Source: an uncultured virus (IMG/VR IMGVR_UViG_3300011855_000001)
Lineage: Duplodnaviria > Heunggongvirae > Uroviricota > Caudoviricetes
Virus record (IMG/VR): IMGVR_UViG_3300011855_000001
Span: 1-64,000 of that record
Strand: one strand, 5' to 3'
DNA length: 64,000 nucleotides
The translations under genes were made by a program, and so were the position numbers. Below are positions 18,733-28,177 of this stretch, piece by piece. The notes below the pieces were generated by a model. The model ran no database searches. It was not told where the DNA came from and saw only the letters and a program-made list of their open reading frames with translations. Position 1 is the first letter of the stretch. Each line of letters begins with the position of its first letter.

Positions 18733-20853
18733 TTACGGCGTCGGGTTGACAGAGATACTGTCAAAGAATACGGAATCCAGCGGCTCATCCGGCGCAAAGC
18801 CAGTCAGGACAAAGGCCACGTCGATTTCACGCAGGTACTCATCATCGCGGGTAGTCGTGCTCACCAGCTCAGTGGTTTCCGTCGATCCTGTGACCTGAGT
18901 CGTGCCGTGGATGCCCAGCTGGAATGACCACGGCGCGTACACTACCGTTGTGAAATAACGCGTTTCAGCGGATAGCCAGTTGGTCTCAGTGCGCACCCAG
19001 CGGTCGATTGACGGGTTGAGCGTGACCTGAGCCGGGAACGGCGCAAACGCCATGTACGGGTTAACTTTCATTTCCCCGGTACGCGCGGTGTTACTCAGTA
19101 CGGTCTCGTACACAAAGTCACACGACAGCTGAGAGGTGATATCCGCGCTTGGTGTTGACACGTCAGTGACTGCCGGGCCAGCGATAGGCAGCTGTAATGC
19201 GCCTGACGCGATGGCGGCGGTCTGCGTGAACGATGGATCGCGGTTATCTTCCCCGGTCATCGGATCGACAAATACGCCTTTCTTCGCAGCACTCTCGCGG
19301 GTGTTAACATCCGTCAGGAGGTTCAGCTGGGCGATGAGGTCAGTCATGGTGTCCATGCGCTGATTCATGCCTTCCAGATCCGACATTGAGACCATGCGCA
19401 CGGCGTCGCTGATCACATAGTCCTGATTATGGCCTGAGCCCTGAGGGCCGGAATACCAGGTATGATAGACCTGAGCCAGTGCGAGGACGTTGCTCGGTAC
19501 CTGCGGATAAATTGGGTTGAAGTCAGACGCAACGCCGTTAATCCAGCTGAATTTCCCGGTCTCGTCGATAACCAGACGGTCAATACGTGGCAGCTTACTT
19601 TCGTAAGAAACCAAAATATCGGTACCAGCCACCGCGCCAGTGATCTGGAATGCGGTATCAGTGAAGCTGTCCGCCATCGCCAGACCATCGGTGTAGGTAT
19701 AGATGGCGTGATATTTCTGGCCCACGGCTGGCTCTTTGGAGCCCGTACCGCTCAGCGACCAGTCAATCTGGTCAGTGATGTCCTGCCCGGTGCTGGTTTT
19801 CGCGTACTGCCAGTCAGTGCCCTTAATGTAGACCACTTCCGCAGGAGTGCCGCCCGGCCCTGCTGGTACATAGACCTTACTGATCGCTTTCGCGGTCGGC
19901 TGTCCAAGGTTGTCGATACCGCCTGCCTGCTGCCCGCGTGTCAGCTCCTCATCGGTCTGACGGGTGATCACCACTTTGGTGATGCGGTTGATAGGCGGAC
20001 GGAACACGTCAACGGATTCGGTACCACCGCCCTTGGCGTTATGCGCCTCAGAGTCGATGACTTTCAGATCCGGCGTGAATGCCTGCAACAGACGGCGTGC
20101 AGCTGGCAGCGCGATAGCGAAACCATTAACACGGGCGCGGCCTGCGTCGATGTTGAACACGTACTTTTGCGAGCCCGGATCATCATCCATGCGGGAAACG
20201 CGCATACCGCTCACCACGTAGTTGGAACCATTCGAGTCCACGTCATACTTGGCGATAGCCTGCGTTACCGCGTCGAGGTTCGGCGGGGGCTCTTTCGCAC
20301 GCAGCTGACCATCATCCACGTAGTAGATCGGGAAGAATTCAGCCCCAGTCGTGCCGTCGCCCTGCCAGCCCCACGTAGGAATGATTTGCAGACGTTCAGC
20401 GCCCGGCTCGTTATAACCACGCGTACCCGCTGCCGGATCAAGCAGTGCCGGGTCATCAGCAGAGGTGATGATCTTCTGAATCATCCAGACGCCGATAACA
20501 ACAGTCCCGGTCTTCGAGATCGAGAAGCTGCCCGGCCCTACGCCGCGCATCGCGCCAGCCAGATAAATCGCACCTGACTCCAGCGTGACTTTTGCCATGG
20601 TGGAGTTTGTCGGGTCATCATCCAGAATGCAGCGAGCATCGCGGGAAATGTCGCCGTCCTTAAACAAGGAGTCAGCGATGCTTTTCAGGCGGGCCTGAGA
20701 AGCAGATACGATTTCGTTGGCCTCAGCGGACTGGAAGATGCGCCCGGCGACAAACATCGGTCGGTCGTAGTTCTTCCCGTCTTGCGAGCCATCTAAGATG
20801 CGGTCATAGAATCCGTCGAGTGGAATCGTGCCGCCAGTCACAGGGGTAGACAT
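18733..20853 (-). CDS. baseplate/tail structural protein (DUF4815-like N-terminal part)
   Basis: FQSAEANE, LLDPAAG.GAERL, LPRID, GVFVDP, VNPY motifs. Confidence 0.7.
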   Translation of the reverse strand: MSTPVTGGTIPLDGFYDRILDGSQDGKNYDRPMFVAGRIFQSAEANEIVSASQARLKSIADSLFKDGDISRDARCILDDDPTNSTMAKVTLESGAIYLAGAMRGVGPGSFSISKTGTVVIGVWMIQKIITSADDPALLDPAAGTRGYNEPGAERLQIIPTWGWQGDGTTGAEFFPIYYVDDGQLRAKEPPPNLDAVTQAIAKYDVDSNGSNYVVSGMRVSRMDDDPGSQKYVFNIDAGRARVNGFAIALPAARRLLQAFTPDLKVIDSEAHNAKGGGTESVDVFRPPINRITKVVITRQTDEELTRGQQAGGIDNLGQPTAKAISKVYVPAGPGGTPAEVVYIKGTDWQYAKTSTGQDITDQIDWSLSGTGSKEPAVGQKYHAIYTYTDGLAMADSFTDTAFQITGAVAGTDILVSYESKLPRIDRLVIDETGKFSWINGVASDFNPIYPQVPSNVLALAQVYHTWYSGPQGSGHNQDYVISDAVRMVSMSDLEGMNQRMDTMTDLIAQLNLLTDVNTRESAAKKGVFVDPMTGEDNRDPSFTQTAAIASGALQLPIAGPAVTDVSTPSADITSQLSCDFVYETVLSNTARTGEMKVNPYMAFAPFPAQVTLNPSIDRWVRTETNWLSAETRYFTTVVYAPWSFQLGIHGTTQVTGSTETTELVSTTTRDDEYLREIDVAFVLTGFAPDEPLDSVFFDSISVNPTP

Positions 20854-20864
20854 TCAGGCGCTCC

Positions 20865-21416
20865 TTAGAACTGGATAACGAATTCAAACTGCTGACGGAT
20901 AGTTTCGGCGCGAGTCAGTTTGTCGATGTACTCAAGCACCAGCAGCTGTCCCGGCGAGGTGTATTCAGCCACAGCATTCGGAGCAGCAGCAGCCATCAGA
21001 TAATCCGGGAAATTCGGGTTATAGGCATTCTGCCCGGCAGGCTGAGCACCCAGTGGTACAGTGTTGATAAACACGCCAAGCTCACGAATTACTGGGTTAG
21101 TGCCCGGCGCATTCGGATCCACGGCTGCGTCTTTGAAGTCAAACGCAAAGCGCAGGTACAGGAATTTAGTCGGGTTCGTGGTGAATTCAAAACGGTTGCC
21201 CGGCACCACGATGGAGCCATTTGGATCCAGTACCACATAAGATTTCTGAGTCACCACGCGGCGACCGATTTCCTTCACCAGCCCGGTGGCAGATGCAGGT
21301 TCAGTCGGTCGGGAGGCATCCCATGACGGATCGCCAGCGCCCCACGCACAGTGAATGGTTTGGTTCATGATTGCGGTGGCCACTGCGGCGCGACCAGCTT
21401 CCACTAAAATTGCCAT
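20865..21416 (-). CDS. baseplate protein
   Basis: AWGAGD, IRELGVF; GGAGG RBS; baseplate context. Confidence 0.7.
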   Translation of the reverse strand: MAILVEAGRAAVATAIMNQTIHCAWGAGDPSWDASRPTEPASATGLVKEIGRRVVTQKSYVVLDPNGSIVVPGNRFEFTTNPTKFLYLRFAFDFKDAAVDPNAPGTNPVIRELGVFINTVPLGAQPAGQNAYNPNFPDYLMAAAAPNAVAEYTSPGQLLVLEYIDKLTRAETIRQQFEFVIQF

Positions 21417-21440
21417 AAGTCCCTCCAAAGGATTGGCGTT

Positions 21441-21456
21441 AGATTAAAGTCACGAC
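21441..21456 (-). promoter_or_regulatory. late promoter motif
   Basis: GTCGTGACT-T-TAATCT. Confidence 0.7.
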
Positions 21457-21460
21457 GCTG

Positions 21461-22855
21461 TTAAGGTGTCGGGTTAGTTGGGTCAGTAGGGTCTGCGCCA
21501 TACATCCAGTCATTGTCGGTGTCCCAGTTGTCAGGGTCTTCCCATGTAGCACCACTGATTTTTGTGGCGTAAACCTTCGCCCCTGTGAGCATTCCGCTGG
21601 CATCGAGGAAGAATTTATTTTCCTCTTTGTAGTGGTTGGAAAACACCATCCACTCATATGGCTTGCTCCACGTCTGGAAGCCGCGCCATGTACCTGCATC
21701 GCGCCATGTTTTCAGCGCTTCCGGGTAGGCTTGGGCGAATTTAATGTTTGATGCGCCCAGTCCACCCATCCACGCGGCTACCACATGGGCGTCCGCCGTA
21801 TAGCTGAGCAGATGACTGTCTTTGCCCCATACGCGGCCCAGCAGGCGCTCTTTTGGTGTCAGCATGGATTGTCTGGAGGTGATCGCGGCTTTGTAGTGCA
21901 TAGCCAGCTCGACCGGAGTATCAAAGCGCATATCATCGAGTCGGTAATACTCGTTGAAGGCGATGAAGGCGATGCGCATATCCCAGATACTCGTCCAGAT
22001 CTCGCCTACCAGCGGATCGTTGACGTAATAACGCATACGCGGCTCAGGCGTCATGATGTCAACGCCTGCGGCCTTGTTGCGCTGGATGATCGGGATAATC
22101 TTCTCAGTCCAGTCCAGCGGGGGAATGGTCTGGTAGCTGACAGGCTTAATCAGGAAGTACCCAATTGAGTCCTTATCATAGAAGCGGCTCGCGCTGTCAA
22201 AGCGACCGTAGTCGAGGCGGAAAATGTCATTCCACGGCTCCTCAATGGTCACATCGTACCCGGTCAGCTCCTTGATCGTGTTCTCAATGGCGATGGCGTT
22301 CACGCGGATGCGAAACGCCTCTTTGGGAATCAGTGCCTGATAGTCTTTATCGCTCATCCCATCCGGGCGAGTGATGCCGAACAGCTTCCCCCAGTAGGCC
22401 AGCCAGCTGCCTTCTGCCTGCGTGATGATCATCTGCCTGAGGGCTTGGGTCACGGCGGCGCGGGCATCCCGGATCATCGTGGCATAGGCCCCCATAATCA
22501 CATGCAGCTCGTCGGCAAAGCCCATAACCCATGACGGCGTAGCCTTCTGCACCAGTGTGCTACCCTCCAGCATGATGCGGGCGCTGAGCGCTTTGCTGTC
22601 AGTCTGGAGGTTGAAGATATCGAATCCATCCAAGGCCAGCTGTGCTGCCAGCTGCTCCACCGTCAGCGCGGTAAGGTCATACGTGTAATCGTATGTGCCA
22701 CCGGGCAGCAGGTTGATAATCAGTTTTTCTTCGGCAACGTTCAGGCGCAGGTCTGAGGTTTTGCGTGAAATAGCAAACAGCCGGACTTCCTCGGCGGAGG
22801 TGTCGAATACGGCGCGGTGCAGGTTACTCAGGAGGCGCTTTAGCGTTGTTTTCAT
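21461..22855 (-). CDS. baseplate wedge protein (gpI-like)
   Basis: AEGSWLAYWGKLFGITR..GMSD..Y and KAAG motifs; follows gpJ. Confidence 0.7.
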   Translation of the reverse strand: MKTTLKRLLSNLHRAVFDTSAEEVRLFAISRKTSDLRLNVAEEKLIINLLPGGTYDYTYDLTALTVEQLAAQLALDGFDIFNLQTDSKALSARIMLEGSTLVQKATPSWVMGFADELHVIMGAYATMIRDARAAVTQALRQMIITQAEGSWLAYWGKLFGITRPDGMSDKDYQALIPKEAFRIRVNAIAIENTIKELTGYDVTIEEPWNDIFRLDYGRFDSASRFYDKDSIGYFLIKPVSYQTIPPLDWTEKIIPIIQRNKAAGVDIMTPEPRMRYYVNDPLVGEIWTSIWDMRIAFIAFNEYYRLDDMRFDTPVELAMHYKAAITSRQSMLTPKERLLGRVWGKDSHLLSYTADAHVVAAWMGGLGASNIKFAQAYPEALKTWRDAGTWRGFQTWSKPYEWMVFSNHYKEENKFFLDASGMLTGAKVYATKISGATWEDPDNWDTDNDWMYGADPTDPTNPTP

Positions 22856-23967
22856 GGCAGCACGATCCCTAAGGTGGAGATAGTCACCTGATCATCGGAG
22901 GAGGTCAGCACCTCATTCTGTCCACAGGTGATGTTGGCGCTCATGGAAACCGTGACCTTTTCAATACCAGCCACCTGCAATGCCGCCGATTTCACATCGT
23001 CCGGTCGCAGAATTTCCCCGGCTTGTACAGAGCCCAGCAGGCTGTAATAGGCGTTGCGGATGGATTGCTTGGTAGCTGGCGTCAGGGTGTAGCCAGACTG
23101 CATCCCGACGAGGAAGGTCATCGGCACGACTCGCGCCGACATCGCGCCGACATCGGTACGCACCCCAGCAGCTGAGTAACCGGGAATCCTCTCTCCGGTC
23201 GTGGGATCCTGATACCCGGTAATAATTTCCTGAGCGCGGGCCAGCAGCGCCGGGCTCGGAGCGCCAAGGTTAGACCAGATGTACAGATGGTTATAGCCCA
23301 GCGTGTAGTCATAGCCGCGTCGGGTGACGAATTCCACCATCACACCATTGGAGTCCCTGATCACCGCCGTAGTCAGCGCGTACATCAGGGATTCGTAGGT
23401 GCCACGGGAAAGGGATGCAATATACGACGCAAAGCGTACCATGCGATCAGCTTCGGTCTCCGCATCGCTGCCCCCGGTGATCTCCGTGTTGGAGATCGTG
23501 AAGTCTGCCGGGGCGAAGAAAGGCGAGGAGTTAATCTCACCTACGGCAGCATTACCCTTAAAGCCCGGTGATAATGCCTGCACAGGCACGCGGATAGTCG
23601 CCTCGGTAATGGGCCATGTCATTTCACCGCTCGATGCGTACTGGCGTCCATCCTTCGCCGTGAATACGGTGCCCTTCTGGATCGTAATCGGCTGAGTCAG
23701 CGGCTTGTTTGTGGTTACAGTGACGAGGCCGGACGCATAAGTAGCGCCCAGCAGGACGAAATTAAACGAGCGATAAGTGGCGACCGGGATCGCCTCCAGA
23801 AGCCCGTTAAACATTTGGATGTAGAGCTCCTCTACCTCTTGGGCGGGAGCCTCAATCAGCGTTCGGGAAACAGAGCCCGGCTGGAGGTCAGTAATTTTAA
23901 CGGTCGTGCCGCGCACATAGTTGAGCGCCCCGGCGACGATACTGACAAAGTTTTTGATCTGAAACAT
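22852..23967 (-). CDS. baseplate J-like protein
   Basis: GSVSRTLIEA, GGSDAETEAD. Confidence 0.85.
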   Translation of the reverse strand: MFQIKNFVSIVAGALNYVRGTTVKITDLQPGSVSRTLIEAPAQEVEELYIQMFNGLLEAIPVATYRSFNFVLLGATYASGLVTVTTNKPLTQPITIQKGTVFTAKDGRQYASSGEMTWPITEATIRVPVQALSPGFKGNAAVGEINSSPFFAPADFTISNTEITGGSDAETEADRMVRFASYIASLSRGTYESLMYALTTAVIRDSNGVMVEFVTRRGYDYTLGYNHLYIWSNLGAPSPALLARAQEIITGYQDPTTGERIPGYSAAGVRTDVGAMSARVVPMTFLVGMQSGYTLTPATKQSIRNAYYSLLGSVQAGEILRPDDVKSAALQVAGIEKVTVSMSANITCGQNEVLTSSDDQVTISTLGIVLP

Positions 23968-23997
23968 GCGCAGGCCCACCATCAGCAGAATGCCGAT

Positions 23998-24013
23998 AGT
24001 GTGCCATCACGAC
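23998..24013 (-). promoter_or_regulatory. late promoter motif
   Basis: GTCGTGATG-G-CACACT. Confidence 0.75.
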
Positions 24014-24018
24014 CAGCC

Positions 24019-24636
24019 TCAGACGTCCACCTTGAGGTCGATAGCTGCGCCAGCGATAGGCGTCAGGTCGGCGCTGATACTCATCGCATCGCCGTTCTGA
24101 GTGGCGACCACGCTGTTAACCGAAGCCACGCGGTAATCAGCTTTCAGTGACGCTTTGACGTAGCCAGCGCCCAGAGTGGTTTTCGTCGGGCCAGTGACCA
24201 CACCATGCAGGAGGTTCACCTTGCAGCCATATTCCGGGTGGCGATGAAGCTGCCCGGTCGGCGTGCGGATCCGGTGATTCAGCTGCTGAGTCAGGTTGTC
24301 GAGCCCTGCGCATACTGCGAGATCCCCATCCACGGCTTTCAGGCGACGGTTGACCATCAGACAATCGCGTTCGAACAGCTGATCGTAATCGGTCTTGTCG
24401 GTGTACACGCCTGCGGGGGCCGGGACGCGGATCAGGGATCCATTCAGCAGCACGCCATCCTTCACGGCGGTAGGGTCATCCGTCAGATACGGATAGGTCA
24501 GCGAATTGAGCCAGAGCAGCTCAGCCCAGCGATTTGCGTCGTTGAGCTCGCGTCGGGCCACCGTTTGCAGGTCATCGCCGTATTGGGTCTGTACCAGCCG
24601 ATAAGACGGCATCTGGCGTTCGAATTCATTAGCCAT
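24019..24636 (-). CDS. baseplate wedge protein (LysM-like + gp25-like)
   Basis: GDDLQTVA...RW..L..LN; GLDNLTQ, HPEYG, DYRV. Confidence 0.75.
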   Translation of the reverse strand: MANEFERQMPSYRLVQTQYGDDLQTVARRELNDANRWAELLWLNSLTYPYLTDDPTAVKDGVLLNGSLIRVPAPAGVYTDKTDYDQLFERDCLMVNRRLKAVDGDLAVCAGLDNLTQQLNHRIRTPTGQLHRHPEYGCKVNLLHGVVTGPTKTTLGAGYVKASLKADYRVASVNSVVATQNGDAMSISADLTPIAGAAIDLKVDV

Positions 24637-25813
24637 TGTAAGAGATCCCGTTATTAATCGTGGTCAGGTGGCGATTGAGCTCAGCCACATCCTTTGGAGC
24701 CATTACCGGATCGTTGTTACCCAGCTCGGACACGGAAGCCGCTGCCGCACTGGACAGCTGTACCGGAGATTTCTTGTCATCCATCAGGGCAAAGGCGTTA
24801 CTGTCCACATAGAGGCTGCGTGCGCTGCCGCCAGTCGTTGATGAGCAGTTTGACGCCCCGTACAGTCCATCGTAGTTGTCATAAGTTTTACGCGGCTTGA
24901 GTGAGTTTTTAAAGATACATACCACTTCCTGAAACGAGCCGGAAACACGCATAAACGCCTGTTTAACATCATCAGGGATATCCGCGATGTTGGACAGCGT
25001 GCGGTTGAGGTTTACCCCGACGCGGGCCATATCGTGCGCGATGCCGATCAGGTCATTCGCGGTACCGTTGATGGCGTTCTGTCCGGTAGCGATAACGCTG
25101 TTTACCGTGTTGAAAATGCGGTTTGCGCTTTCGGTAAAGGCCCGGACGGTTGAGGCAAACGGCGCGATAGCGGCATTTTTCAGATCCACCGCCTGCTTAA
25201 TCCATCCCTCAATATCCTTTCCGTAGCCCTCAATGGTGCTTACCACGTCATTAAGCGCTTTCAGGCCGGAGAAGATAGAGCCGGAGAAAGGCAGGATCAT
25301 CAGCGGATTATCAATGTCCGTATCGACACACTGGAGATTCATCGAATACTGGAACAGCAGCGGACGGGAGCGGGATCGGCGCAGCACAAAGTTGGACGGC
25401 GAGACCACCCATGTAAAGTTGTTCAGCATATCCACGTACAGGAGTTTCACCTGACGGGGATCCTGCCCGTTGTCGATGGCCTGCTGTTTGGCCTGAGGGT
25501 ACTGGTGCGCGATCAGCTGATTGAGGGTTTCAAACGCCTGAGCACCATCCTCGCCGGAGCCCTGCGCGGTTCTCCAGCCAGTATGCCCGCTGATACTCAG
25601 TTTCGGGAGGCCCTCGCCAAACTGATCCTCCCAGCCCTGCACGCCACGCCCCAGCGTCTGCGTAACGTTGGAGCGCAGTGGTTCCTCGCGTGTGAAGTCT
25701 TCCGGGCGCAGCTTGAGCGTTACCGGGGAATTGAGCCCGGACGGCGTTTGCAGCACGAAAGCAATTGGCTTTACGCCTGCTCGCTGGTCGGTTGGCCTGC
25801 TGCTTAGAAACAT
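24629..25813 (-). CDS. tail tube initiator / baseplate protein
   Basis: LSISGHTG, RSRPLLFQY; position in the baseplate module. Confidence 0.6.
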   Translation of the reverse strand: MFLSSRPTDQRAGVKPIAFVLQTPSGLNSPVTLKLRPEDFTREEPLRSNVTQTLGRGVQGWEDQFGEGLPKLSISGHTGWRTAQGSGEDGAQAFETLNQLIAHQYPQAKQQAIDNGQDPRQVKLLYVDMLNNFTWVVSPSNFVLRRSRSRPLLFQYSMNLQCVDTDIDNPLMILPFSGSIFSGLKALNDVVSTIEGYGKDIEGWIKQAVDLKNAAIAPFASTVRAFTESANRIFNTVNSVIATGQNAINGTANDLIGIAHDMARVGVNLNRTLSNIADIPDDVKQAFMRVSGSFQEVVCIFKNSLKPRKTYDNYDGLYGASNCSSTTGGSARSLYVDSNAFALMDDKKSPVQLSSAAAASVSELGNNDPVMAPKDVAELNRHLTTINNGISYNG

Positions 25814-25824
25814 GGATTATCCCC

Positions 25825-26607
25825 TTACTCCGGTGTTTTGGTCTTGCTGCCGCCAGACTGGACGCCACCATGAATGTGCCCGATTTGGCTGATATTACCC
25901 GCGATCTGGTCGCCGTCAGATTTCACCATGCCGTTGGTAGTGATATCGCCATCGACGTGCAGTTTTTGCGTTGCATGAACCATCGGCGTGTCCAGCAGAA
26001 TACCGTCACTCGCTTTGATAGTCGCCTGCGTACATTCCGCATAGATTTCATCCTGGGCAATCAGGCGCACTTTACCCTCAGGGGTAAAGGTCAGCTCCAC
26101 CACGTTCCCAGCCATGCCGATGCGGAAATAAGGCTTTGTTCCAGTGTTCCGGTCAACAGCCAGATTTTTGTCAAAGTTTGCCCCGGCAAAGTCGCGGCGA
26201 TCCGGTTTGGTACCCATGGTGATGTAAGCGCCGGACGGGTGCAGCAGCCCGGTGTTACCTTCTGCGTCGGTGTACCGGATCACGTCAGAGTCAGAGCGCT
26301 CAAACTCCAGCCCGTCCTCATCAAAGGTCATCTGGCTGATCTGCGGGTACAGGAAGCCCGTGACGACCGGGGAGCTCCCGATAAAGTCCACCGTCGCCAT
26401 GACCTCCTGCCCAGTCTGCTGGCTGATATTCCACTTATCCGCCCCACGGTCACGCACGCGGGGGATCTTATTGCTCCCAGTACGCGCTGAGCCTGAGGCA
26501 GTCAGCACCTGCACTCCGGCAAAGCGGGCATAGTTGTCTACCATGATGAGGTCACAGGCGTGGTCTTTGGGATAGCTCGCCACCACAATGGCTTTACGCA
26601 GGGCCAT
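25825..26607 (-). CDS. baseplate central spike (gpV-like)
   Basis: C-terminal HIHGGVQSG motif. Confidence 0.85.
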   Translation of the reverse strand: MALRKAIVVASYPKDHACDLIMVDNYARFAGVQVLTASGSARTGSNKIPRVRDRGADKWNISQQTGQEVMATVDFIGSSPVVTGFLYPQISQMTFDEDGLEFERSDSDVIRYTDAEGNTGLLHPSGAYITMGTKPDRRDFAGANFDKNLAVDRNTGTKPYFRIGMAGNVVELTFTPEGKVRLIAQDEIYAECTQATIKASDGILLDTPMVHATQKLHVDGDITTNGMVKSDGDQIAGNISQIGHIHGGVQSGGSKTKTPE

Positions 26608-28175
26608 CAGAAAATATCCTTTTTGAGAGAAAACAGGGCATCCAGATCCTTCCCGGCGCTGGTCAGGTCATTGCCACGGGTAGCCTGTTCTTTCAGCCAT
26701 GGGCTTACGCCTCCCCCGGTGCTGCTGACGCGTTCGGCAAATCCGGTACCGCGTGCAAACTCCAGCGCGGTGCTGTATGAGTTGTACGGGATGAAATTAT
26801 CCTGCACGCTCATGATATAGGCGCTCCATGAGATTTGCCCATCCAGCACGGTGAGGTAATCACCGCTGCGGAGCGCATCGGTCGAGTTATCCCGCGTCGG
26901 GCCACCCTTCATGGACAGAGCACCAAACTCCAGCACCACGTTGTCTTTGTTGGACTGGATCATGATGTCACGGCGATCCTTAATCCAGTCGAGCATATAG
27001 CCGCTGCGCTGCTCCTGCGCGTTCTGCTCCTGCCCACTGGAAACGCTGGTCACATCGTCCGGGCTCATCACCGAATCGGCGTACATGGCACGCACGCCAT
27101 AGTATTTCTTCGCCGTGTTCGGGTATTCCATGGTCTGCTGGGTACCGCCAGCCATAATGGCCTCAACCTTGCGATAAATGTCATCGACCATCGCAAAGCG
27201 GTTATTCGTCACCCAGTAATAGTTATAAACGCTCGAATCGTTGCGCGTCTGGCGGATATCGGAGATATAGCCATCTGGTACCGTTCCGTTTTTCGGCGGC
27301 TGCGGCAGGTTCTGAATGGCTCTCCCGGTCATCAGGTCAATTGCTGGTACCGGACGCCAGACGAGGTATACGCCATCCTCGCGGTCTTCAATAAAGAGCT
27401 CATTCCATACGCCCACATCCAGATACTGCTTCATGAGATCGTATACTGAGCCCTCCTGATTCATCCAGCTGTCAGACACTGAGCCTGAGGCTTGCAGATC
27501 AGGCTTGATGACGCGCGGCACGCCGTTGTTTTGCGGCAGCAGGGTATCAAGCAGCGGGTTAATGGCTTTGTCCAGCAGCAGGTTGATGAATTCAGCCCCG
27601 GTGATGACGTTCTTCACGTTGCCACCAAACTGCTCGAAGAAATTCCACCCGGTCAGCAGCGGTGCCGAACCGTCATAGCTTGGGATGTAGAGCAGCTGGA
27701 ATGACTGGAGGATCTTGCCGTAATCCTGCCCGCTCACCACCACCGTTCGCATCGGCTTGCCATCCTTGCCCATCTGGCGACCACGGCTGATCTCGCTGAC
27801 GAATCCGCGCATCTTAATCGGCAGGGGATTCGGGCAGGGGCCGATCCCGTTCCACATGCGGATCTCTACCACGTCCATTGGCTCTACGAGCCCATAAATG
27901 GACTCCAGCCCGGAGCGGTCGAGTACCGGGCCCATGTTCTGCCCGGACACGTTCGGCTTGTCTGAGAAGCTCAGGGAGAAGGTACCGCAGGGTTGCCCGA
28001 TGTTCTTCGTGGTGCTGATACTTGTCCCATCACCAAAAAACGGCGTCAGGTCAATGTATGCCTCTTTGTTGGCGTAGCGCTCAGAAGTAGGAAGGCCAGC
28101 CTCTCCGGGCTGGCGCATGATGGACTTGTACAGGCGCACGCTGATCTTCGGCGTGGCGACGATAACTTTTGGCAT
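26607..28175 (-). CDS. baseplate hub protein
   Basis: Lies between tape measure and spike; SGQDYGKIL, WNELFIEDRE. Confidence 0.65.
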   Translation of the reverse strand: MPKVIVATPKISVRLYKSIMRQPGEAGLPTSERYANKEAYIDLTPFFGDGTSISTTKNIGQPCGTFSLSFSDKPNVSGQNMGPVLDRSGLESIYGLVEPMDVVEIRMWNGIGPCPNPLPIKMRGFVSEISRGRQMGKDGKPMRTVVVSGQDYGKILQSFQLLYIPSYDGSAPLLTGWNFFEQFGGNVKNVITGAEFINLLLDKAINPLLDTLLPQNNGVPRVIKPDLQASGSVSDSWMNQEGSVYDLMKQYLDVGVWNELFIEDREDGVYLVWRPVPAIDLMTGRAIQNLPQPPKNGTVPDGYISDIRQTRNDSSVYNYYWVTNNRFAMVDDIYRKVEAIMAGGTQQTMEYPNTAKKYYGVRAMYADSVMSPDDVTSVSSGQEQNAQEQRSGYMLDWIKDRRDIMIQSNKDNVVLEFGALSMKGGPTRDNSTDALRSGDYLTVLDGQISWSAYIMSVQDNFIPYNSYSTALEFARGTGFAERVSSTGGGVSPWLKEQATRGNDLTSAGKDLDALFSLKKDIF

Positions 28176-28177
28176 TC

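Noticed and set aside
18733..21475. Two baseplate proteins both end in NPTP
   Set aside because: A four-residue match is too short to distinguish from chance
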